DNA from: Octopus vulgaris
Taxonomy: Eukaryota
Direction of reading: 5' to 3'
Length of the DNA: 64,000 bases
Assembly: GCA_951406725.2 (NCBI GenBank)
Contig: OX597818.1
Location: 34,844,001 to 34,908,000 of the forward strand
The notes under the pieces were generated by a model. It worked only from the letters and a program-made list of their open reading frames with translations. It searched no databases and was not told where the DNA came from. Position 1 is the first letter of the stretch, and every line of letters begins with the position of its first letter. The position numbers and the translations under genes are program-made. This document shows positions 14,003 through 27,515 of this stretch, in pieces.

Positions 14003-15399
14003 TTTTCTGACCGGTTGTTCATATAGACTGCTGTTCATGATGTTGTTGCCTGAGGCAACAGTTGACTCTCTACCACCTGCCTTTTAGACTATCCCTACAT
14101 AATCTCTTTCTCTACTTAGAAATGTTGTTGGTACATAAAAGGTTAGAGAGCTTATTCCCAACCCCATATTAAAAAAATTACATTTCATTATATATCTTAA
14201 GGACGTTGACTTAGCCTGTTTTATTTATTTTTATTTCATATTGCTATTTGCAAACAACAGTGTCATTGGCTGCAGGTTTCCTCTAGGCCAAATCATTGGT
14301 TCCTTATATTTCTAATAACAAGAATGACAAGAGATCATCTTATGTTACTCACCGAACAAGAAATGCAATGGGGAACTTCATTCATGAAATACTGGTTTTT
14401 CAGTTTTTCACCAACGTTCACATGTTTTGCTGAAATATGTTGGTAACCCCCCCCCCCCGTTAATACATACACTCTCTCTCTCTCTTCCTATCACACACCC
14501 ACACACTCCCCTCCTCTCTCTCTCTCTCTTGGCTTCTACACAGTTTGTGTTGACCAAATTCCACTCACAAGGCAATAGTCAACCTTAAGCATTTGGTAGA
14601 AAAGACTGGCCAAAGGTATGACAGTAAAACTGAGCCACAGGTTGTGGAGGAAACTTCTGAACCATACAGCTTTGCCAGCATGGTCTTTGCTGATTTCTTG
14701 CATGTAGAGATATTTCTACTTTTATTTTCTCTACTACACATATGACTTTACTTTTGTTACAAATTACATGCTACATAACACCTAACCTACTGACTGATAA
14801 CATGTTTTACAGATCCTCTATTATGACAGGAACAAAGTAGTACTATACACTGCTTAAATTTTCATGTTACTACTGTTCGTGATATTCCAGCCCACCTTCT
14901 TTACATGTTTCCACTCTTTAGAATTCCCTGGGGCAATATCTGTTACTTTCTTCTCTCTTTCTCTTTCCCACTACTCATCTCAACACTTTTCTTATCCTTT
15001 CACTTTGTCTTTACTCTGTAATGTTATTAAAATGGTTGTTGTAATCCATGTGTCAGTTAAATGAATAAAGGGATTAACAAATTGAAGATAAGGATCAACA
15101 TCTTAATCAACAGATTTTCATTTTGTTGCATTGAACAGCTCACAGGAGAAGTACAAATTTAAATTTAAGTACATAGTAACATAAGAAAACACTAATAATG
15201 TTGTCTGTTCGGAATAGTTACAGTGGAAGAAAAAAAAATTATCAGATATCACCTGCCATCTCACTATAGTTAATTGTTTCCAATAATTGTTGAAATGAGC
15301 AAAAGAGCAGAGGCAAAAAATATTAAAGACAACAATGAAATCATAACAACACAAATTCCTACATACTTTGTCAAATCAAATGCCATAATATAAAAGTGC

Positions 15400-15620
15400 A
15401 GTGGCATGTAAAAAGCATCGGTAGCGAGTAAAAAGCACTCAGTACACTTTGTAAAGTGTTTGGAGTTAAGAAGAGCATCCAGCTGTAGAAAGAAACTGAG
15501 CCAAAACCTGGTATGAAACCTGGTGCACCCCCCCCCCCCACTTGGCTTTTTCAGCTCCTGTCAAGCCGTCCAACCTATGCCAGCATGGAAAACGGATGTT
15601 ATATGATGATGATGATGCTG
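15400..15620 (+). mobile_element. Family 4 copy
   Basis: GCATCCAGCTGTAGAAA...CCGTCCAACCTATGCCAGCATGGAAAACGGA...(GAT)n. Confidence 0.7.
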
Positions 15621-18454
15621 ATACATCTACAAATAAATACAAACTCACACCTCCATCGGTTTCAATGATGAGGATTTGATCAATTGAAGTATTTGCATAT
15701 TTGAATCAGCCTGTAAGTGGCCGAGTGTTCCACAGACATATAGACCTTTAATGTAATTCTCAAACGGAATCACCTTGACTAAGTTTACTATAAGGATGTA
15801 CCTTTGTATTAGAGATACAATATATCTGCTGGGTTTCTTTATAGTTTCCATCTAGCCAATTTCACTCATGTGGTATGAGTTGGCTCGTAGCTGTAGAAAA
15901 TAACACTTGTCCAAGACGCCATGCATTAGACTTGAACCTGGGGCCTTGTTTTAAAGTGATCATATTAATCACTTGGTAAAGATTTACCTAACCACCCCAC
16001 ATACAGTGGTATCTTTGCTTATCTACCTAACTACACCTGTCTGTCTGTCTATGTACCCATCCATCCATTTGTTTTTGTTTTTTTTTATCATTATCAATGA
16101 TCAACATATGAAACTCTGGCTTTTGAGTCACTCTGCAACTTCTGCTGATCATTTATAAATATATACATATATACACTCATGTTTTGAATTCTATTTTCTT
16201 GTTTACATCACCAAACACACACACACAGACACACTTATATAAAATCCTATTACTCTTGTTTTTCCCTTGTCACTTTGATACTGATATGCTCTCCTCTTTC
16301 ATACTTTTGGTTATCACTCTCCTTCTATACACACTCTTGGTCAACTGCCTAAAAAGTAGAGAGACTACAGAGATTGGAGAGAATTCCTTAGTTTTGCAGA
16401 AAACAAGGCAACATCTTTGATGTTGGTGTAATGATAAGATGCACCCTTGTATTTGCTGTAAAATGGCTGGCATTTGAAGAGAGACAGTGTGAAGGAGGAC
16501 TCTTGTTATATCCCTCAAGTGCTGGTGCCACAATAAAATGCACCAGTACATTTTGTAAAAGGGCTGGTGTTAGAAAGCATATTCAACTGTAGAAATCATA
16601 CCAAAAATGGAATATACAAACAAGGCATGGTTTTCTGACCCATCTTAGAGGACACTAACTCTAAACAAGGACTGACCTAGACTGTAATGACCTATCCAAC
16701 CCAGTCCCATTTTGGAAAATAGATGTAAATGATATTGATGATATAAATACACATGCACATGCATATATGATTAGTGTTTGAATAATTTCTGTTTACAAAA
16801 TTTTACTTACATGTAATTGAGGTGTTTAGTGACAGTGTGTCATAAGCGCCACCCTGGCCATTTTCGAGCTTAGTATGTCATTTTCTTTGTCTCAATGACT
16901 AGAATCTGAAAAAGTTGGGAGGAAGAACTAGTGAGGCTTGCAATAAGGTCAAAAATCCAGCTGCAAAAAAATTGTACCTTGACTCTATTGACATGACGCT
17001 CACTCACTCAAACTTAGACCAGAGAGTTTAGTAACACACCATCGTAAGCACACATGCTCTATCAATAACTTTGGTGTGGTCCCTGTATCGTTTTTTGAGG
17101 TTTTATGGCTTCATCTTCTAATATTCCTCATTACCATTGTAACAATAATGGGCTTATTATTTTACTATCTTGTCTTATTTATCTCTTAAAGATACTTACC
17201 CTGGTATATTAAAACACAAACAATACCTTTGGAAGGTCTCTGTATGTTTTTTTCTAGGTATTATGGCTAAAATATGCAATGCAATGCATCATTTCGTAGT
17301 ACTGGTATATTCTACAGAATGAGAAAGACACAGTCATTGTTTCATCTTTCAGATGCATACATAAATAAATCATTTCACATAGGTGGAATGAGTAGAGGAG
17401 GTCTTCACAGTCATTTTAAGACCAGAACCAGCTTCCTAACTTCATTCCTTGCCAAGATATCACATTCTGAAAGTCGTGAAACTTTGACTGCATTTTTCTC
17501 AGTTTTAAGTTGTGGCACTAACAATGGTCTGTTACTAAACGCCTCAGTTTATCAATGCAATGCTACAGTATAGTACACTTGTCCAAGCTGTCAAAGTAGC
17601 ATTGAATTGAGAATCACATGGTTTCAAAACAAATTTATTAAATACACAGCTACAGTGAAAAGCATGAACATCTCCTGGCCTAAGAATCTATATATGTATC
17701 TAAATTTATGAATCTGCTAAACCTATATTGCACATTACCATGAAAACTGACATATTATTAAATATAAAACTTTTAAATTTGTGTTGTAAGCTGAAATCTG
17801 TTTGTGAAGAGATGTTATTTCTTTATTATTATACAGATTCTTATTTGAAATGTTGTTTCCAGTGACAAATTGTCCTGAAGTATATATGGAAACATTTGAA
17901 TTGGTGTAGCATATTTATTAATGCATTTGATATTGAATCAAATAGATCATTCTACATTTCATATGAGATACAAAGCTCAGTATGAAGCCATCAAAACATT
18001 AGTCAAATACTGATTCAGTCAATGTTTTAACCTTAACTTTGAGATTAGTTTTCAGTATAGAATTTCTTCGTCCTAATTTTTTTCAGTGTATGGTTTCAAT
18101 ATTAACATTGTTTGAGTATTGAGTATTTTTAAAAAATTTTATTTTTGTGCTATTTAAATTTGAGCTTTTGTTTAAAATAGGTTGACCATTTTTAGATGAT
18201 CAGACTATTTGCAAGATATTGGCTTTCTGAAGTGAGATCTGTGAAGGTGGGAATGGTTGTGCTTATGGAGGTTATTTTAGTTTTAACTAGCTGCTTAAGT
18301 CTTATACATGCACATTATCATTGTTGCTTTATTACTATTTGTGGATGGATTGCAGGCACAATGTCCACAAACACATTCCATGCAAGACATTCTCATCTCC
18401 CATGATAATATGTTAAAAAATATACATCTCACTAATATTACTACACACAGTATA

Positions 18455-19261
18455 TCTATCTATATATAAAAGAGAGGTTGTGTGAGTGTGTGCATATGTT
18501 CCTTATGCATTCCAAAACCGAGTTGCCAGTTTTGACGTATGGAGTATCAAAAGATTCAGTAAGCATTTGGCTACCGACTAAACTATATTTTCATTCATGT
18601 ATTTGCATTACAAAAATTCAGCATTATGATTTTTCTTTTAATCATATATCATATAAGACATCTTTTACCATCACCACCACTACAACGATGACATCACATT
18701 TTCTATATGAGTGTGTTCGCACGTTTGGTTTGTTTTGTATGTTAGGCTGATGACTGACAACTATATATTTGTGTAATGGTGTTTTTGCCTGTCAGTATGC
18801 ATACATTTTTGTGACGACTGACACACACACACATCTAATGACACAGACGGAGATAGGCTGGAGGTGTGCATTAATGTATGTCTGTGTGTGTGTGTCTTAG
18901 TATATGTATGTGACTTGACCCCCCACCCACCTACCCAACAGTGAAATGTGCTGATATTGAATGTTATAATGACCAGGTTTCATTAGAAAGTGAAAATAGT
19001 TTCAAGTTTTCAATTTGAACCAAAATTACAGCATTTGATTACGAGACTGATGATGTGTGAATAATGAAAGTAATGTTTCTCTGAACGAGTCACATCTGTA
19101 TAATAATAAAGAAAGTTGCTTCGGCGATCTTTTGTTTTGACTTGCAGAGCTGTCATGTGCTTTTGTTAATTTCCGTAAAAATTTTTTTTATTTATTTACT
19201 TTTGTTTTAAAGTGAAAGAGAGGAGAAAATTAAAGATGTATGCACATGTGTATGAAATGGA

Positions 19262-19295
<34 letters not shown>

Positions 19296-21589
19296 GAAGG
19301 GAGAGATAGAGGAAAGGAGAAAGAGAGTGATTGAAGGAATGTGTTGTCACGTATATGTACATACATCAATACATATGCATACATCTTTTTTGTATGAGCG
19401 TATGTGAGAGAGAGAGGGAGTGAGTGAGTGAGTGAATGTATGTGTTCTAATGTATGTGTAAGTGGCACTCACTCTCTCACTCACACAAACACATCCATTT
19501 CATACACACATTCATACATCTTTCATTTCTCCTCTCTTTCACTTTAAAAAGTAAGTAAATAGAAAATTTTTACGGAAATTAAGGAATGAAACAGCTGATT
19601 CAGATGACTGTTGACAACTTTGAGAGTTATAATGAAACACAGCCACTGCTTATTATCTATCTACCAAATAAACTTTGTTTTTCACTCAACAACTCTTTTT
19701 ACAACTAAAATAACCTCAGCAACTACGTTGGTCGCACAATTTTGAGGTCATTTTTGGACAATGTTTCAATTTGCTTCTAATGTTTCACTTTCGTCTGATG
19801 TTTCATGCATGTGTAGAATTCTACTCAGACAAACATTTATTAAAATATACACATAAATATTGTATTAAAATAAGCCACAACGAAAAACATTCCATTGAAA
19901 GATATCTATATCTCTATAAGTTATGGGGAAATACAATCACACTCTCTCTCTCTCTCATGCACAAAAATGTTGTATGCATATGTATTTATGGCCGAAGGTA
20001 AAGAATGCTAGGGTTAGGATTAAGCCGAAAATGGCTGGTGTACGTATTCTTTACCTTTGCCTATTTATGTATGTGTATATGAAAGATGTGCGTGTGAGAG
20101 AAAGAGAGAGAGAACGAGTGAGTGATGTTTACACATACATGCAAAAAAATTCATACATCACAACACACACATTCACTCACTCTCCCTCTTTCTCTCTCTC
20201 TCACATGTCCATTTCATATACACGTACATCTTTCATTTTCTCCTCTCTTTTACTTTCTCCTCTAACTTCAAAGCAAATCTTGCCTTTTCTCTTTATCCTC
20301 TCTTTCAATTTCTGCTCTCTTCAAAGCATAAATAAATTTAAAGAATTTTATGGAACTTAACAAACAATCACATGATTCCATATATGTTGAGTTGACAACT
20401 TTGTTTCTTCAAACAAAAGAATGCCATAAAATAACTTCCTTTGACACACACACACACCACACACACACACACACACTCTCCCTCTCTCTCTCTCTCTCTC
20501 TCTAGGTAAAACTTCTGTGCAAATTATGTTATTTTTTGCAATGTGCATGCACAAATTTAAAGCTCAAATCAAATTGAAATGATCTTTTTCTATTGTGTAA
20601 TTTGTGTTTGTGATGAGGGTATATAAAAACCTGATCTTCAATATAAACTTAAAAGAAAGTTTTCCCAGAAATCCTGTCCTTTACCCCTTCTTTCTAGCAT
20701 GTCCGAGGTGACATTTCCTCTCCCTTGCCTTATTTTTTTCCTGAATTTGTTCCGATTCCTATGTTTGCAATACAGGGCATTAGGATTTCACCCACAAAAC
20801 ATGTTCTCAATATTTTTATTTTCTCCCTCTCCACACCAAATTCATTTTGTTACTTTTTTCAAATTTTTATTCTTGGTAATCCATGGAGTAAAAACAGAGT
20901 ACGAATCTTTAAGAATTTTATCCATCACCTCATTTTCGAAAAGCTACACACTTCCAATATTTCACTTTTAGCTTTTTAGAAACCAAGGAAGTTTCTTCAG
21001 AAATAATGTTGTTTACTTGTTGTTTTTAGCAAGTCAAGTTTTCTGGCGGTGGTCTGGTATTTTTCAAGTTTGCTATTTCAGTAGAATTCTACACATGCAG
21101 GAAACATCAGACAAAAGTGAAAAGGGTGAGTGATGGGTGAGCAAGGCAGAAGGGGCATTCAGTGTTTCTTTAAGAAAAATTATACTATAAAAAATATATG
21201 TATTTCCCAGATTCGTAATCTCTGTATTTTCTATGTACATAACAAAAAAAAAAAAAGAAAAAAAATTCAAAAAAGTTACAAATTAAGAAATTGCTGTGAG
21301 GATGGGGGGAAATTAAAATTTTGAAAATGTGAATTCTGGACAAAATCATATTAACCCCTTTTATATGATGAAACAATACATAGTTTGTGGTCCATCTTAA
21401 GAACAGAAAGCACTTTCATGCAAACCCATGCAAATTGTACCCTCTCCCTTCACTTTTGAACTAATAATAACTTCCATTGTGCCATAAATTATATATCAGC
21501 TGTGCCAATTCTGCTCATAAGAAAGGAGCAAATAATATAATGTGCCTGGAGGTCATAACACCCCTGGCAACGCCGGGATGCATTGCTAA
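18455..21589 (+). mobile_element. Non-autonomous Helitron-like element (about 3.1 kb)
   Basis: Begins A|TCTATCTATATATAAAA; ends with GC-rich hairpin CCCTGGCAACGCCGGG (21562-21577) followed by CTAA|T (CTRR); A-T insertion, no TSD, no Rep/Hel ORF. Confidence 0.7.
19165..19585. repeat. Long imperfect inverted repeat inside the Helitron-like element
   Basis: Arms at about 19165-19290 and 19465-19585 (TTAATTTCCGTAAAAATT...AAAGTGAAAGAGAGGAGAAA versus TTTCTCCTCTCTTTCACTTT...TTTTTACGGAAATTAA). Confidence 0.85.
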
Positions 21590-23314
21590 TAAAATATGAT
21601 ACAAATTCTGAGGATATATTTCACATGCAACATTTAATTTGAAAGTTCTTTGCAATAAGTCATTATGTTAATTTTTCCACACAGACTGAGGGTGGACCAG
21701 TTTGCCATGTAGTGTATCACCATTTGTCAAGATTCTTTGTCATATCTTGACTACAATGCCCAACCTCTTGATATCTGATCTCATCACTTCTTTCCATACC
21801 TTCCATTCATATTACTTGTTGATACTAGTGTCGTTGCCTCACCTTCATACACTGACTGATATCTCCATTAATTTAAGGGCAGATATGCACAGATTATTTT
21901 AGCTTCTTGTTCTTGAACATCTCACAAAAGAGGAAAAAATATAGCAAAACAAGAAGACCTAGAATGTCTCAGGTTTCAAACAAGCTGGGTTTTATTGTTT
22001 GTGGGTGTGTTTTTGTTTGTTTAATTGTTTCTACTCCTTTTATCATCCATGTTGCGTCCACTCCTCTTGGCTCTGCATTAAGTGCTACTTCCACTTCTTC
22101 TCAGGATGTTAAGCATCTGAAATTCCCACTTTATTCATATTTTCCTGCTGCTGTTAATTTGTAAGCTGTTCAAGAGGAACATTGATTATATTGATCTCAC
22201 TAATTTTTAAAAAAATTAATAATTATAATAATAATAAAAATAATAATAATATAGTTTCAAATATGCTATGCCTAAAGAAAAGAGGAAATATGCATCATAA
22301 AGACACCTTTGTTCGTAGTTCTGCTCAAGGTGCACTGAATTAGAGCTAAACAATTATTGCAATGACATCATCATCATCAGCAATGCATTTAGAATAAATG
22401 AAATAAATGAAAATATCTCCTAGCACTTAATGGATTATTTGGTAACTGCTAATGACTTTATCATTATCACGGACTAGTCAGCCTAGCAGAGTCCATTGTT
22501 CTTTTGGCTTTTGAGTACAACCAGAAATCACATTAAGTGAAAGTAAATTGTCCCAGTAAATCGAATATATCACAATCTAGCTTTTTGTAGAATTATCAGT
22601 ACCCCACAGTATCTTAACAGCAAACATAGTGTGCATACTAAAAATTGAAAACGTTTATACTCTACATTCAAACGCATATATACATTTTTAATGTTGACTG
22701 TAAAATATATAGAGCTTGAAAGCTATAAATTTCATAAACACAAATGTTAAATGGTTTATGCTGTTACCACAGTTTTTCGATAGGATGAATATACATTTTT
22801 AATGGGGAAGTATTTATATTTTTATAACTCTTTATAGAAAAGCATTAGTAACATGCATTGCCATCGTGTATAGAATAACTCATAATGGTCAAAAACTAAT
22901 TTTGCAGAACACCCTATCACTTGAAACACCCATTATACATGTCCAAATTTCTTCCTATAATATCCTATTGAAACCCTAGAGTAAAGTACTTAGAGCACCC
23001 TTTATTTTTAAACCTAAATGTCCTGATGATAGTGTTATTTAACATTAATATATTTATGAAATAAACTCAGGCAAACTTGATAAGCTTCCAATAAAGTAAT
23101 GAAAAATTAGAAATAAAATATCGTTCTTAGTTGTATATCTGAAACAAAAACTTCTCTTTTAACAGATGTCCACACATACCCCCCCCCACTCTCTCTCTCC
23201 GACATGCTAAAATTTTTAAATAATTGTACAAATAATATTACATAAAAAGGAATTTGAGGAAGCTGGCCAGTAAACCCATAAATGAGACTCAAATGATGTA
23301 ACTATCATGTTGTG

Positions 23315-23354
23315 TGATTACATTACTGATAACATGCTATCAGTAATGTAATCA
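23315..23354. repeat. 17-bp perfect inverted repeat with 6-nt loop
   Basis: TGATTACATTACTGATA-ACATGC-TATCAGTAATGTAATCA. Confidence 0.9.
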
Positions 23355-23834
23355 TCCAGAAATGTGTGTGTGTGGGGGGGTATTTCAAGTTTTGTCAGCG
23401 GGCTTGTTCTTCTCAAATATCAAACTGGCGTTTTACATAGGCCATGATGTTTAATATATTTTATACATATCATTATCACTGTGTTGGATGTGACTTATTG
23501 AAGCTGTAATGGATGTCCTTCCTGTAGCCATTGCATCCAAACTAGACATACACAGCATCATTGTTACCCAACTAGTTCCATCTGAAGGCACACCAGATTA
23601 GTCATTCATGTACACACTAATACAGTTATGAATACACACACACACACACACACATACCTGTGCACATGTGTATATTGGTGCAGGCAGGATGTGTAGATAT
23701 GGAGTAACAAAGCGTTACCTTTTGGTTTTGAGTTTTAGCTCACTGTATGACATCTTGGGCAACAATCTTCTACTGTAACCTCAGGATGATCAATGCCTTG
23801 TAAATAGAAATCATAAGTGAAAACTGTTGAAACT

Positions 23835-23872
23835 TGTGTGTGTATACATTTATATGTGTGTAAATATATGTA

Positions 23873-23905
<33 letters not shown>

Positions 23906-23935
23906 GTGCATGTTTGTATATATATATACACACAC
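23835..23935. repeat. (TG)/(TA) microsatellite inside a decayed SINE family 3 copy (about 23678-23935)
   Basis: Direct reading; preceded by CATCTTGGGCAACAATCTTCTACTGTAACC. Confidence 0.8.
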
Positions 23936-24773
23936 TTACCAATGACAGCTAAGCAGGCCAAAACTTTGTGCTGACTATCAATACAGTTCTTGTTAGAGAA
24001 TAATTGTGTGTATGTGTGAATATATATGTTCATGTTTATGTGTGTATACCTATATGTATCTGTGTGTGTGTGTGTGCCTATATAAGTGTATATATGTATA
24101 GATACACTTACATATATTCTAGGATTTAATCAGTAGCTTGGTGGACAAAATTCCTGGTGGTATTTTAATGTCACTCTATGTTATTAGTTCAGATCATGTT
24201 GGAGGAAGTTTTGCCTTTTGTTCCTCCAGGGTTGATAAACTTAAAGTACCACTCAAGTACTGTTATTGATTTAATTCACTGTTCTCTCCTCATAAATATC
24301 TGATCATGTATCTGTTAAAAATTTTTATTGGTGGTAATAGTAGTAGCAATAGTAGTACTGGTAGTAGTTTTTTACCATTTTTTTATAAGCAGATGTGGCA
24401 GAGCTCCCAAGCTGTGTTGCCAATTTAGCTCTTTTGTTGCTAAATCTAGCTCCTTTTTTTTGTACATTTAACTCCCATTTTCTAATAATCCAACACTGAA
24501 CACCTAGTTTAATAATGTAGCTTTTTTTTTTCTTCTTGGCATTTTCCCATTTCATGCAAAATAATAAAATTGCATACAGATGCATTTGCAACAAGTTTTA
24601 AATGTGTTCAGTTGCTGTATAAGCAATAAATGGTTTGTGTTTGGCTTTTCAGCCAATGTGCTGTCAATATTGTTTTTAATGTGCCAATTTCTTTTTGTCA
24701 TACTAGATGGTGTAGAAGAATTTTTGTTTCTGTTGTGCAATTAAGGAAAAATTTTTAGATTTTTACTGTTTAA

Positions 24774-24993
24774 CCCTTTCGTTACCAACCCGGCTGAAAC
24801 CGGCTCTGGTTCTGAGTACAAATGTCTTGTTTTCATAAGTATTGAATTAAAATCTTCCACCAAACCTTAGTCATAATTTATGTTCTTAACATTAGCTGAA
24901 TGATAACTAAGTTAATTTATTAAATTCTTTGTTATATTTAAAGTAATTGAAAGAAACACAGAGCATCTCAAAATAAATACAGTAACAAAAGGG
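24774..24993 (-). mobile_element. piggyBac-type MITE, inverted copy of 12292-12513
   Basis: TTAA|CCCTTTCGTTACC ... GTAACAAAAGGG|TTAA; body is the reverse complement of the 12292 copy. Confidence 0.88.
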
Positions 24994-25071
24994 TTAATAT
25001 CAGTACAGGGCTTCATTATTTGAAGTGGCGGAAATAGACATGTGGTTTATTAGTAATTGATATCATTGTTG

Positions 25072-25390
25072 TCATCATCATCATCATCACCATTTAACAT
25101 TGGTTTTCCATGCTGGCATGGATTGGATGGTTTGACAGGAGCTAGGCAAGGTCAGGAGCTGCACCAATTTCCATTGTTTTGGCATGGTTTCTACTGCTGG
25201 ATGCCCTTCATATCACCAACCACTTTACAGGATATACTGGGTGCCCTTTATGTGGCACCAGTACCAATGCTTTTTACATGGCACCAGCACCAACTGGATC
25301 ACAAAGTACCTTGCAAAACTAAAAGTCCCCTCAACTGGGAGGGGAGAGTAGTATTGAGGAGGTGTAGCTTTGTGCCAGTTGAGAGAGATA
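25072..25390 (-). mobile_element. Family 4 copy
   Basis: (CAT)n TTTAACATTGGTTTTCCATGCTGGCATGG...GGATGCCCTTC...TGGCACCAG. Confidence 0.7.
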
Positions 25391-25949
25391 TGGTATAGAG
25401 GGACAGATATAAGTGTCTTGGATACCCCAGTTGGAAAACAAAGGAGAGTGAGTTAGAAGAGTAAGATAAAGAGGGTGATAGTGAAGATGCGTTGGAACAT
25501 GCCCTCAAGAGACATTGAATAGGTGAGATGATATAGAGGCTTAAGGTGAGTGAGTGGGCAAGATATGATGACTGGAGGAAATGAAGGTGTGTAATATAGA
25601 AGGGGTTTAGTGGTGGGGGTTACAGTAGATATGTGAGAGCATCAAAGGTGAAAATAACTGAAACATTTATGATGAAGGGCAAGACAGGAAGAGGAGAGAA
25701 GGCACAGAAAGGAGATGATTGGCGGAGAGAGTAGGTGACAAATATCGACCAAAATCATTTCTATATTCAATAAGTTCATTCTGAAAATATTTTTTATTCC
25801 ATTCTCCATTATCTTCAACTTCTCATTTTCAGCAACTTTTTAGCTCCTATTCTTGACAAACTCAATTCCTTTTAAACTTTTTCAGTTGACTACCTTGACA
25901 AGTGAAGTTGATTCTGTTCATGTTCTGCTTAAATTTTTCTAGTTTGATA

Positions 25950-25969
25950 CTAGTAGTAGTAGCAGTAGC

Positions 25970-26000
<31 letters not shown>

Positions 26001-26024
26001 ACAGTAGTAGTAGTAGTAGTAGTA
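25950..26024. repeat. (TAG)n microsatellite
   Basis: Direct reading. Confidence 0.95.
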
Positions 26025-26450
26025 ACATGGCGGATTGTAGAATCACTAGATTACTGAAAGAAAAAAAAACGTTTGGCAGCATTGCAGGTATATTCTTAAT
26101 TCAAATCTTATTGAAATCTGCTTTGCTTTACATTTTTCTAGTTGTGGAGGTGGGGATGTAAGCTGAGTGTCTATTAAATTTTGCAATCAATTAAGTTGAC
26201 AACATTCTTCAAAATTGTTAAATTTCTCCCCATGTTAGAAATAACTATCAGAACCAGTAGAGCAGTAAACAGCATTCCGTAGTATATCATTACATGCCAT
26301 GAGTTTATCAGTTCAGATCTTCGCAAAGTCGTCTTTTACTTTCCATCCTTCCAGGTTCCATGAGATAAGTACCAGTTAAGTATTAGTGTCAATTCAACAG
26401 ACTGTTTTTCTCCTCAAATTTGAGGCCGTGTGCTTGTGCTTGAAATCATT
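26025..26450 (+). mobile_element. Two tandem decayed SINE family 1 copies
   Basis: Two occurrences of the box B plus CTTT.CATCCTT...ATAAGTACCAG-like blocks. Confidence 0.5.
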
Positions 26451-27099
26451 CATATAAAAATATTAATAGGTGAACAGAAATAGTTTGATAAAATATCAGG
26501 TAAATATTTGTATAGGGGCTTTATCAGTGCTGCAAACCACTGCATGTTCCAGAACTTGTTAGTTATAGAAAAGAAACAGGCATTTCTCTATTTCTCTATG
26601 CATTAATTACTAAGAGACTTCAAATTCATTGATTTATACAACCTTGCCACAAAGTTTATGTTTCACTATTGTAAACTGTGGCCAAACTGTAGAAAGATGA
26701 CTGATTTATTAAATTACGGTGAATGAACAGAGTTTGGACAGTGAGGTGATTGAAATATCAGGAGCTGGGCAAGGCCAGGAGCTGCATCAGGTTCCATTGT
26801 TTTGGCATGGTTTCTACAGCTGGATGCCCTTCATATCACCAACCACTTTACAGAATATACATGTTCTGTATTGTGAATAGTTTGGAATTAAGTGAGACAT
26901 GTACTAGTCTTTGGGTGGAATGTATCAAATATTAGTATTCTGTACTTTGGTTACAGTAGATGTTTAGGGAGATGACTTTAGTTTCTGTCTTTGCATTACA
27001 TCTATGTCTCAAGTGCCTCTAAATTAAATTTTGAATCTATATCTGCAAATAATAGTTCAAAACATGAGCTGAAAGAATTTTACTTTCTTCTTGTTCTGG

Positions 27100-27515
27100 G
27101 TGTAGGTATAGCAGTGTGGTTTGCTTCCCAACCACATGGTTTCAGTTGTAGTCTCACTGCAAGGTATCTTGAGCCAGTGTCTTCTACTATAGCCAGGGCT
27201 GACCAAAGCCTTCTGAGTGTTATTTTGTTGATGGTAACTGAAAGAAGCCGTGTGTGTGTGTCCACATATGTTCGTGTCTCCTTGTTTTCATATTGAATGA
27301 TAGTTGTATGTGAGTGTCACCATCATCCAAGCAGCATCATTCCTTTCTTGTCGTCTCCTAGCTAAGGGGAAATATTCCTTGGAAACAGGTGAGTGTTGAT
27401 GACAGGCCATAGAAAATTTATCTCAATGAATTTTATGTGACATATTCAAGCATGGAAAAGTGGACATTAAAATGAGCAGGAGGATGATAATGATGATGAT
27501 GATGATGATGATGAT
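27100..27515 (+). mobile_element. SINE family 3 head with tail B
   Basis: CCAACCACATGG...GTGTCTTCTACTATAGCC head; TTGGAAACAGGTGAG...CATGGAAAAGTGGACATTAAAATG(ATG)n tail. Confidence 0.7.

Noticed and set aside
17240-17263. TTTTTTCTAG|GTATTA possible recursive splice site (similar motifs near 20504 and 42427)
   Set aside because: Poor donor match; expected by chance in AT-rich introns.
17274-17573. 99-aa ORF
   Set aside because: No recognisable motif, no convincing exon boundaries, does not fit the GRAMD1 model.
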